A model generated the notes under the pieces. The model was not told where the DNA came from. It saw only the letters and a program-made list of their open reading frames with translations, and did not search any database. This document shows positions 1 through 64,000 of a DNA stretch of 64,000 nucleotides, one piece after another. The position numbers were made by a program, and so were the translations under genes. Positions within the stretch are counted from its first letter, which is position 1. Each line of letters opens with the position of its first letter. This DNA is from Aplysia californica (lineage: Eukaryota). The stretch covers positions 1,526,921-1,590,920 of the forward strand of contig NW_004797316.1 of the NCBI RefSeq assembly GCF_000002075.1, read 5' to 3'.

Positions 1-3000
1 CGCATTTCTGCAAGCCTACCATAGCGAAACTAGGTTCAGGTGATTATAAATTAGTCCAAAATTACTCTCCCTACAAATAAAACAACAACATGGTTGCTTG
101 ATGCGAACATGGGAAGTATAAACCTTGGCCGGGACCAAGAACATTGAGCTTCATCAACACATGGTCTGAAAATAGCACAAAACAAAAGATAAAAACAAAA
201 CAATGGAATTAGAGCTGCGAAAGCAGGGTTCGGGTTTCCCTGGCACTCAAAAGACGCACATCCATTTGATTAAATTCAAGCTCATCTTTGCTGAAATAAG
301 CCATAGAAACGAATAAAGGAAAATGAAGAAATAAAACAACCAAAAGTCTTTCTGTGCTGAAAGTGGAGTTGATGGAATGATTGGACAATTTCTGTACAAG
401 TCTTTGTGCACATTAGCTGGGTAGCAGTAGGAGAGTGAGGATGAGGGGGAGTGGGAGGAGGAGCAACTGTATGGCTTGTGCAGACATATTTACTGTATGG
501 ATAAAACTCATATAGTAAGAGGCAAAGCGATAACTAAAATACACAAAAATATGCATACAAATTTATACATTTGTGTTGAATACAGAAGAAGAGACATTAC
601 GAAAGGATTATAAAAGGGGAAGAAGCAAACTAGGAAAAAAAAACCCAATACAAAAACAACCTAATATAGCAATAAAAATCCAAACAAAAATCAAGAGTCT
701 ACACACATAAAGGCAAGGAAGTTCATGGACCCTCAGTGACAGTAAAGAAATTGTAATTGTAGAACAGTTGTGCAAGTGGCTTCCAAACCATATTGACCCC
801 TACAGGTTAAGGATGAATGTGGATGTCTGTGTGTGTGTATGTGTGAATGCAAGGGGGGGGTCGGGTGCAAGAGCAAGATGTTAGCTCTCAACTTAAAATT
901 GTTATTGAAAGGAGGAAGCTTCACGGACAGACCTTCAAGTTCAGCAAGAAGTCCCATGAAGAAACAGTCTGAATATCACTGTGCAAAATATCCTACTATT
1001 ATTTGTGTACCATTGACACCAAACTGGAGTTCCTGTTTTCAACTATCAGACCCAACCCATTCTGACAGCAGGATAAAAAAAATAGTGAAAGGNNNNNNNN
1101 NNNNNNNNNNNNNNNNNNNNNNNNNNNNNNNNNNNNNNNNNNNNNNNNNNNNNNNNNNNNNNNNNNNNNNNNNNNNNNNNNNNNNNNNNNNNNNNNNNNN
1201 NNNNNNNNNNNNNNNNNNNNNNNNNNNNNNNNNNAGAGAGAAAGAGTGAGTGAGAGATAGAGCGGAGGGGGGATTTCATGCGCTGTATTGCTATACCTAA
1301 ACAAGTGAAAAGTCACAGCAATTCAAATCTGACATCCTCCGTGCTAACATATCACAGCATAAGTATTGGGTAAAGCAGCTAAACATTTAAGTTCACCACA
1401 AGGACCTGAAACATTTTGATAAGTAAAAGGTTCGTTATCCTTGGGGAGAGAGACAGAGTCGCGTCACTCACTGAACTGGATGAGAAAATCCTGACACAAT
1501 ATATAATCGGTGCTCACGAATGTATCTATACATGGGACACACATTTTGCATGCACACAAGAGACGTATCTTCTATACATATGCAGTACAACTATGGAAAA
1601 CATTTCGTTTGAACCTGAAAAGACCATAATCATGTTCCTCTGATATATAGGTTCGTAGTGCAAGGACCTCAGCCATATGTGAACTCATTTTTCATAAATA
1701 TATAATCATTCAAACAAAGTCACAAACACATACACACACACACATACGCTAAATTCTCTTACATTTTGCTGTTATGCCTCTGAGTCTGAGCAACACATTA
1801 CCAAGCATGCAACTATCCCATCAAAAAGATGTTCAGATCCAGCTCCAGAGTATAAAACATGAGTAACCTCAATAAATTGCACTGTTGTCTCTGGGTGTCT
1901 TTTACAAAGAACCTGGCAGACGAACATTCTATGAAACAGCTTCTGTAGTTACATTCTCCATTGTGTGTGCTTAACACTCAAGTTTAATTCTAATGTGGTC
2001 AAGATATAGTTATTGAGAACCTTTCTGTTATGATGTATCTCACACTTCAAGGGTTAGTCCTGACAGGCACGGTTGAAGCAGTCAGCCCCCTGAATGATCT
2101 ACACCGCATTGTAAAGGGCGTAAATATTGGATACAATAATCACCTCGAGGGAGCTATAAATACTTGTATTACTGCAGCCTTATTTTCTCGAGCCAGTATA
2201 GTCGATAAAGCCAGACATCAACTGACTGATTCTGTGCTACAACAGGCAGAAAGCTGGAAGGTGGGTATGGGACAACAGAAACTTATAGTAGAAGTGGTGG
2301 AATCATCCATGAGAGGAGCTCTGTATAACATCTGTAACTGTGAGAAAAGATAGCATGCTTCTGGTAAGTGAAAATGTACATGTTGGACCATTGCATGAAG
2401 CAAAAAAGCTCACCCCCATCTCATGGCACAAACTAAAAGCTTTGAAAAAGACAGGGCCCTGCAACAGATGCCTACGAGCTTGGCTACAGCACTGTACACT
2501 CCAAAAAACATTCAGCAACATGTCCCTCTTCCCCCTTTCTCTCTCTCTTTCCCCACTTCTGTTCGGTCGCAACAGTCTACACCAAGCACAACAATAAACC
2601 TACCATGCTCTTCTCCAGTCACACAATATCACCCAAAAGTATGTATCAAAGAGATTCAGACTGCTGTACTCTCAATACACCAACAACACTGAGTCTACTA
2701 GAATACTAATTTACGAGAAAAACATTCAAGTAATATATACCTAAGTACAATTATTGTACTCACGTCATATAATAGCAACTCGTTTGACAACTCACTCGAT
2801 ACTGGGCCTTTTCCCAAGCACAACCTCAAAATACAGATATTTCAAGGGCATTAAAAAAAAAAATCATACCATACTGAAATTTCTACAGCATCACATAACA
2901 TGACAGTTTCACACAAATCAGAGAAGAGCATGTTAAATCGGATGCTAAAACCAGCTTCTATTAAACAGCAAAACTAAAAACTTTTTTAAACATACAGAAA

Positions 3001-3530
3001 TTTCACATGGAGATCTAATGCGATGTCACTATAGAATGCTGACATGCAAAAAGCAGATTCATTGTATTTCCTTTACATCTTCTTTGTGACTGTAATTTTT
3101 TTAAAAATGTGTTCAGAAGCAAACTACAAGTAGTCGCTACAAGTTTATAGCAGATGCAGATGTTAATAGACTTGTGCTTTAGGAACAGGAAAGTATGTCT
3201 CATGACTTCATTGCTTCACTGACACCACATTGCTCTGTTTGCCTTGTGAGGCCCCACTGCCCAAAGAATAGCTTAAAAACTATCCTGGTCACCAAGGCCG
3301 GCAACAGGGTAAACTAGCATACAGCTGGTTCTTGCAGCCTTTGCAAGAAATAGGCAGAAAGAAAAAAGATTTTAAAAAAAGAACAATGACCATCCTGCAA
3401 GGGCTGCATGATCAGCAGTAACATAATGGTCCATGACCCAGACTGAGCGAGTTAACCACATCTCTTCACTTACAAAATCACTCCTAAGAGCTCAAACTCA
3501 CCACACTTATTTTTTCTCTTTAACACACAT

Positions 3531-3564
<34 letters not shown>

Positions 3565-6500
3565 CTGCTTGTAAAACATTGGTTACATTTAATAAAACTC
3601 AAATAAAATTGGGAACGTTTTAAGAAATAAGTTCAAAACGTAAGAAATGAAAACAAAAAACGCAGTTTGATGTGTGACTGTGACGGACTGAAAGAATTTG
3701 GGCTTATGGTCATTTCAGATGGGACATAATTAAACATAGAAAAGGGAAATGATAAATGTGTTTGACACAACAGCATAATCCAAATCGTACAGATAGCGCC
3801 ATAAACACCAGCTGGGCCTTACTTCTACACATCACTGATCTAGTTCATAATAATCATTTTACACGTACAAATGGCAGGGATGATATCATACTGGAATATA
3901 GAAAAAAAAAGAATTTCAGGAAATGGAAAAGCGACAACCCATTGAAATATTTTCTCCACAGACTACACAGTTGAAATGCCTGCATAATTATACAGAAATG
4001 GCAGCATTTATTCTCATTCATCACAAATAAATCTACCTTTCAGAAACATTACTGACATAACACTATTCTCTTCATTACCTTAACGAGTCCCAGCAAAGAA
4101 CATCTGCTAATGGCAAGTAACAGATGGAATCTTAAAAAGTTTGACTTTGTAGGAAAAAACTGGAAAAGCAGCAGTGTCCCTGAAGCTATATTAACATGAG
4201 ATCCTTAAAGAAATAAACTGAAAAGGCAAAAGAAAACTTTCTTGGACACAAAGAGCTATGGTCAAGTCCCAGAAACCTTTGTATTTCCCCAAAACAAACA
4301 AAAAAACCCCTTCATTTCCAGAAACAAATCCACAGCACAGTACACATGCAGTCTCAAGGAAATAAATGTAAAGATATGGCAGTCACACAAATTTCAGCTG
4401 TTTGAGAAAAATAACATGGTCATGCAGTGAAAGAATAAACCATTTGACTGAACTGAAATGAGAATGTAGGTAAATAGTGCGCCACTCATATATATATATA
4501 TATGGCTTACATCAGCAAAATGTGCAAAGCCTATAATAATGATTATGTTGTCAGCAATCAGAGGAGGACAACAGACTGACCTCATCATAACATGCACCAC
4601 AGAAAAGTAAACGCTATTGCACTGGAATTAAAATCATTTCAAGAGATAAGAATAATCAAAATTCATTTTCAGAATTATGCCGGACAAACAGTTATGACCA
4701 CGAAGCATTATAATGAGAGATGGATGAATCATAAATAACAATAACTGTTTATAATCAGTTCCATATCTTTTTACACCTATTATTGTCGGCATCACAGGCA
4801 AGGAATGAAAAAAAGAAATCAACTTAATAAGCAAAAAACCCGATAAAAATAAACAGTGTTCAAAAATGGTTAATGGTTTTGTATCAAGCTTTACAAATTG
4901 TTTCAAGCAAACGCAAGTCAAGACAACTTCCAGTACATGTTCACAGATGGGAGACAATCGCATCACAAAAACATGAATGTTACAACATTTTTCACAAAAA
5001 TGATCTAATGAATTTGACACTCTCATAAATAAGGAACTGATAGCAATGAACTGACCAGTGTCCGAGATCTCTCAATAATAAGAAATTCAAAGAATCTAAA
5101 TCTCAAATCAAACATGAATTCTAATATCCTATTACTGATAATCGCTCATACAATATTTCAACTACCATAACTCAGATACTACGAAAAATAGCTGTTGTAA
5201 GTCCCTCAAAAACATGTGTATTGCTTTTCACATGAACAAAATCATTCATTAGCAGAATGGCTTTAGCACACTGTTAGTGATGAAGCACAACTGCAGGTAT
5301 TCTCTTGTCTTATCAGAAACGCCAGAAATACCTGTGTCTGTCCGAGTTGACTGGTGTAAAAGAAAGATGAAACCCAAAGCATTCAATGAGTGCAGACTTC
5401 TCTACTCTAGAGAACATATATTCGAAAATGAGGAGACAACATACAACCTATGAACAAAGACATGAATTGTTATCAGATTGCTGAGTCTAGCTACACACGT
5501 AAATCCCATAAATGACTAGATACAATATCTCCAGTGAGAAACCCCACACGGAACTGGAGGCATTAAAATATAGCTACATGAATTTAAACGACATCAAAAT
5601 CCAGCCTTTTGCACCGATGATGCAAGAGAATATCTTACTTTCAAGATTTCCACATATGAATATCACATTCAGATAATATGGCGATAAAATCATCGACTTA
5701 CTTTTTATACAGATAATAAAGAAAATGAAGCAATGAGATACAGTAAAACATACATGGAGTGTCTTCAAGTGGAATGACATAGGGGAATCCTACACTCATA
5801 ATCCACACCATCTTCATGTCCCTTTGCTGGGCTACTGTGTGACTATGTGAAAGAGTTCTGAGCCTCTTCAGTCACTGAAAATCAAACCACAGTAGTTTTA
5901 TGCACCAATTGTTCTGTTCAAAAGTTTTGCAGACTTCAGGCATGCAAAGTTGTACACAGCAGGTTCAAATAATTAGTCCTACCTTCCAAGTTACGCAGAG
6001 TTTCTGTTTTACATAGAAGGAATGTGAACTCACATTCACATGTCAGCTGCACATATAAAGTCAAAAGGATCCATTTGAAACATACAACTGCCGTCGATAG
6101 AACCTTTTGATTCTCAGCCAGTAAAGGGTGGCTCAGCACAAATGTCTCATCATTCTGAGGAATAATTACCCATATCAACATGCAAATCTAAAGTCTATTG
6201 AGTAAAGTGGCAAGCGAAAGCTGTAGACTCCAGTGGTGCAAGTACAGGGCTTTATGTATTAAGTACAGCGTGCTGAAAGCAGTTCTGGTTGAGTTTTGAC
6301 CAAGCTTTTTTGCCTCTTTGAAGGAAATTCCTATAAAGTCTAAAAGCTTTAAGGACACCATTTCTTGGCACGACTTGACAGCTGACTGCAGAGTGCAATT
6401 AATGATGTACAACAATCTAAGTTCATCCACATGTTATTTCAATGACAGGTGCACAGTTATGTGCACGCCACAAAGTTCCCTAGAACACATAAGCTCACTT

Positions 6501-7747
6501 CAGAGAATACACTCCGGTCTGCATGTCTCAAAAAGGCCAAACCAGATGGGTAAAGGGCAGCAGACATTTCCTAAGTACAAACCACTTGAGCCCTTACACT
6601 ACATTTCTCAGACATTAATTAGTCTTTCCACAGATGTACAGCAGTGTAAGCTGAAAATGCACAAGAAACAAACGTAAATCGCTGTTCAAGAAAAATGGAG
6701 AACTCTCACTCTCGTACATGACTGATAAATGCTAGTAGCCCATGAATGAAATCAGAGTTGCACATGATACATGAAAATGGATGGATTTTTGTAGACGAAA
6801 TACTGGACTGTATTATAGAGAAAAGCATGATGAATTACTTCGTCACAAAAAGTCAAACCTAGTCAGCTGGGGAGAGGTCAAAGCAATACTGTTGGCAAGA
6901 GATTCATTTTAAAGAGTTGAGAGCCTACCACTGATAGTTTATACACAACCGACAGCACTTTCTACATTCAGAAGCAGGCAATCTTTTGATTGTCTTCATC
7001 AATCCCATTTGCAATTTTTCTACATATAAAAAAAAACAACATATTTTTCATAAGTCATTTACAGAGTTCTAAAAAAGCACATTAAATATTACACCCCTTT
7101 TTTCCACATAGAACCATTATGTTAGTGAGCTTATGGCATTTTTTCACGCACTATTTCCTTTCAAACATTGCGTAAGCACTTCCAAAAAGCAGAATTCCTA
7201 TTCGGTAGAACGGTCTACTATCATCAGTGGATTAAGACTTGCATGATAGCTGTACGAGACACATCAATAAACAGTACCACAAAATGCATCTCTTTGATAT
7301 ACAAGGCACTGCCTTGTGGTCTAAATGCACAGCAATAAGATAACTTTACATTAACAAGATTCAAGACCTAGTGATGGTAATTTCATCAGTCACTGTTTTC
7401 AGACATACACCCAAAATTCTTAATTGTAAGCAGTAAGTTAATCCTTTGAGGATACCAGCTACTTAAAGGAAGATTTTCCTGCCTGACAAGACATTATGAA
7501 AGGACATCCAGCTAGACTGTACTTTACTGGTCAATGAAGAAATAAAACATCAGGACAATTAGAGACTTTTGGAATTTCTGAAAAACGATAGCCCAACATA
7601 TTCTGAAGAGTTTAATCAACAGAACTCAAGGACATAAAGTAAATCTTGGTTTGCACTGGGGTCAGCCGAGATTTCAACGTCATCACTTGTTGATTGGCAC
7701 AAGCCTTCCTATCAGCAGACTCCACATGACACCAGCTTGTATTTCCC
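1..7747 (-). other. Putative long 3' UTR / downstream region of WDFY3
   Basis: Follows the stop codon. U-rich on the transcribed strand, with no credible ORF and none of the TE families seen in the introns. AATAAA (minus strand) at 4012-4007. The true end is unknown. Confidence 0.45.
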
Positions 7748-60296
<52,549 letters not shown>

Positions 60297-63200
60297 CTGG
60301 GGAGAAAATGAAAGAAACAAGAAAATAAGTTTCAAACCCCAGACTTGTTTTTTTTGGTTTTATTTCAGAGTAGACAAAAGCAAAGTTGAAACAAAAATCA
60401 TCATACAGTGCGTGAAAAAAGCAAGACAAACAGAGACAACAGAGAAAAACAAAAGCAAAAGGGACCTACCAGTGGAACCCTTCAACCACTCGCTTATTTG
60501 TTGACTGTTTCTTTTCAGTTTGAGCTTCATTCAATATTCAAGATCTCAAAGAGGGAGACATGTGACATACAATGAATAAACTCCCATGACCAAGGTCAAA
60601 AGCCAGTGCTGACAACTTTCCACTTCAGCACAACTCCTCTGCAAATACTGCTCTTGATTTTGAACTCAGTGACTATCAATGAACAGCTACCAACCTGTAC
60701 CCTATGCATCAGACTCATCACTTCAGCTGATATGCAGAGTAGATACATGTTACATAAACACTTACATAATTAAAATGGTTCATTTGTGTGGATCCAGCCT
60801 TCCTCACTACACTGAGCATGCCTGTAATTTCAAATATGTAAAGGATGCAATTTGAATCACGTTACATAAGACAGTTACATCATTCAGGGTCCAGCCTTCC
60901 CTATCAGGCTGCGTATACTTTTTGTAAACATGTAGGTGTAATTGTTCACAGGTTCCATTTCAAATGAACTACTAATTTCTAAGGCACAAAAACAACAACT
61001 CAGACACTGATAAAAGTATCACACCTAAGCACATATTATGGTCGTTTTTAAGCACAAGGGGGCTATCCCGGAAAAAGCTGTTTTGAGAAAATCGAACGTA
61101 AATTTTTTGGACACTTGTTCAGTTTCTTTAAAATACAAGGAGAGTTTTCTCTATAACCAAACAAATATACACAACAATGAAACCAAACTTCTCCTATAGG
61201 TAGGGCAATATCCACTTTTGGTGTAGGTCAAGATTTCTGGAAACCCCCGAAATCAGAGTTAGCCCGCTTCTCCTTAAAAGCGGCCATATACCAGACAGTA
61301 ACAAAAATAGAAGAAACCTGAACAAAGGATTAAGAGTAAAACAATATCAATTTCTATGAAAATGAAAAGCACGGCTGTTTCACTCAGGATCACTTAGTTA
61401 CCAGCCGACCTGACCTCCGAGACGAGGTCACACCCCAGTTACGCAACCTGCGGGCGCTCGGCCTCGCGGTCAGCGGCTCCCCCGTGTTGTTATGTTTTGT
61501 ACACATAAAGCAACACAAGTTTTTATTACAGCCAGGAAAGTCAATGAAACAACAACCAAATGATCACATGAAGACGAAGGTGTAGTTTATGACAGTATAA
61601 TTTTTATCACGGAGAAGTAAAAGAAAGTGTAGTTTAAAAGAGGGGGAGCGCGGCTTCCATCATTGATCGGTTATCACAAACTGACATGTTTAAAAATAAA
61701 AAAATTAAAAATAAACGGACCGACAGATTTTTACAGTCTTCATTGTCAGTTCACAGTCAGACTTTGAACTTTCAAACACACTTACAGTAATGAGGTTGGG
61801 CCAAAAAGTCTTGTTGCTATTGTTGATTAATGCACCCAGTCTCTTCATTGAGTGGGAAAACAGTTCAGTCCAGCCAACACATGAGTACATTTCACATGAG
61901 ATTGAAGACCATTCTTTACACCTTCACAGCTAAATTGATGTTATTCTCTAGTAAATATTTATATAATAAGATAAACATACTTCTATAAAACTATTTAGGA
62001 ATTAAGATTTTATTTGTGAATAGTCTGAATCGTCTTGTTGTCTTGTTTACTTTCTCCTGCGTTTTTCCACCGGCTCATGGAGTGTGGCCTTCAAATCTGA
62101 CGATGTCTGTTGGTGTGCTTCCAACATAGCTTTAAGTTGTTTTTGTTTGTTTTTTTATGCCTACTGTTCTCTTTCCTACTCTGGCGATTGTGGCATGCAA
62201 CATTTCCCCCCCCCCCCCCCCCACCTCAGCATGCCAAGGCCAAAGCCCCAGGCTTTCATAAATGGCAACTCGTATACTTCCGTAAGCAAAGGAATGCGCT
62301 TTTTAATGCACCCTTTGCTAAGTTTAACACAACGAGCACAGACAGAGCACTCGTTAATACTAGTGCTTGTGTCGTAAGCAGACCAAACATTGGCATTGTC
62401 TTCAACACATTTCTGTACGCCCTGCAAAGTTGCATCTGTAATTTGCTTTCGTAGTGTGTATACTCGTGAGCCACATTTCCTGCATAGAGTGTTGGATTGC
62501 TTGTAGGCTGCGTCGTTGTCGATGTTTATTCAATAATATAGCAATATGTCAGATTTAAAGTTTTTGCACAGAAATCGACGCTGCTTAGAAACTTTAGTTT
62601 TTAATCTTCTTCCACCACAAGTACGACACAACTAGTTTAAATTCTCAAAGTGGATGTTATAAGAATGTTCCAGCTTTGATGTTAAAAGGCTCTATAATTG
62701 TAAACACACAAGAAAGTCAGATGGTGGGTTCCCGTTTCACAGAGTTTTTCTTTGCACCGAGAGTTGCATTAGACTAGTCACATAAAGAGCGCTAGTTCAT
62801 GTAAATTTAGGCCGGACCCAAAGATTTTTCACCAGAATGGAGAGAATAGATTTATAAAAAGAAATATGAAGGCTAAAACAAAAATTGTCGGTTCAAATTA
62901 TGATAATTTGCTTTTAAATCCAAAAAATTCAATAACACAGAGCTGTACAACAGTGGTAGTATATAGGTATCCCAAGTGAAGATACAAGCTGGTTTCAAAC
63001 TGCGGGTTATAGAGGAGATGCTGAGATTTTATTTGGTATATAACACAACTGGGTTTATGGGATGGAGAAAGGGAGTACTATGCTGTAAATTCCAGTTAAT
63101 TTCTTGAAATTGTACCCTTTCCGCGGGGAGCGGGCAGACCAAGGGATCGGCCGGTGGAAGTGGCGTAACGCGTCGAGATTTATTACCTTCCGCGAGGGGT

Positions 63201-63356
63201 CACAGGGGTCAGAAGGGTCAGACGGACTACAACTAAGTGCGCCTCTCTGAGAGTGAAACTGAACAGCCCTGAAAGACAAATGAAAACTAAGACTTCCATG
63301 CTCTGACCTCCATTAACAGTTTTCTTCTGTGATCCTTACATCTACGAATAAAAGAT

Positions 63357-63793
63357 ATATGTGTCATGCAGCTGTGGAATCAGGCACTCGTTAATATTTA
63401 GAGCATATGAAGTTATTGGAATTATTTCAAAGCCTGTCTATGTGACTTGTTTTCGCTGAAAATAATATCCAAATATCATAATTGAATAGAAATTGAGATT
63501 TTGGCAATTTAAATAGCTGGGGGAAGTCTGATGTCGGAAGTAAAAATAGTGAGAAAATGGCCACCAAAGTTTAATTACTTCTATAGCTTGAAAGTCCTTG
63601 AAAACTGAAAATTTACATTTTTCATGCCTTTAATCAATGTTTTTCAGTAAAATCTACGTGGAAATGAAGTTTAAAAAGGACATAAAAGATGTTGACAAAA
63701 ATTTGATAAAAATTGCCAAATCGGCAAAAGTGCCGGTTTCATCGCTTTCACCATTTGGACGAACGCCTGATTTCACAATGATGTCTCACATAT
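63357..63793. mobile_element. Second copy of the ~400-bp MITE family
   Basis: Same ends and internal block as 34088-34487, in the same orientation. Confidence 0.7.
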
Positions 63794-64000
63794 TACCCAC
63801 AACATGATATCAGTGCAAGAACACATTACTTAAGGCCCAGCCAGAAGTCGGACATGAAGAGCAATGTTTGATGCCAGTTTTTTATACGCATATACGTCTC
63901 TCCAGGACACATAACCAACAGATAAATAAATCAACAAGCATCAAACATCAGCTAACATACACCTCGTTTTGAACCCACAGCTAAAAATCAAGGTAAGAGA

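Noticed and set aside
2030-2692. Cluster of 60-107 aa ORFs downstream of WDFY3
   Set aside because: No recognisable homology or exon signals, and the lengths are compatible with chance.

Overview
Eukaryotic (invertebrate, probably lophotrochozoan/mollusc-like; taxon inferred only) genomic DNA with four N gaps. Almost the whole window is the 3' part of one large minus-strand gene, an orthologue of WDFY3/ALFY (Drosophila blue cheese). I traced 54 GT-AG coding exons from 60296 down to the stop at 7748. All junctions are phase-consistent (8310 nt, 2769 aa plus stop) and encode ConA/LamG-like, PH, BEACH, WD40 and FYVE domains. The 5' exons lie beyond the window, and 1-7747 looks like a long 3' UTR. 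The introns hold a decayed RTE LINE with a ~56-bp target duplication, tRNA-derived SINEs (CORE- and Meta-type), several MITEs (TA, TTAA and 6-bp TSD types, one nested) and minisatellites. The most interesting observations are: (1) a ~370-bp inverted repeat pair bracketing exons 29-39, a circRNA/dsRNA geometry; (2) a headless ~190-bp retroposon family with a fixed G-rich 5' end, seen only in the gene's sense orientation; (3) tandem duplications that copy splice sites at three exon borders; (4) a perfect 37-bp hairpin next to a splice donor; (5) a candidate LIR motif. No prokaryote-type novel system is supported.
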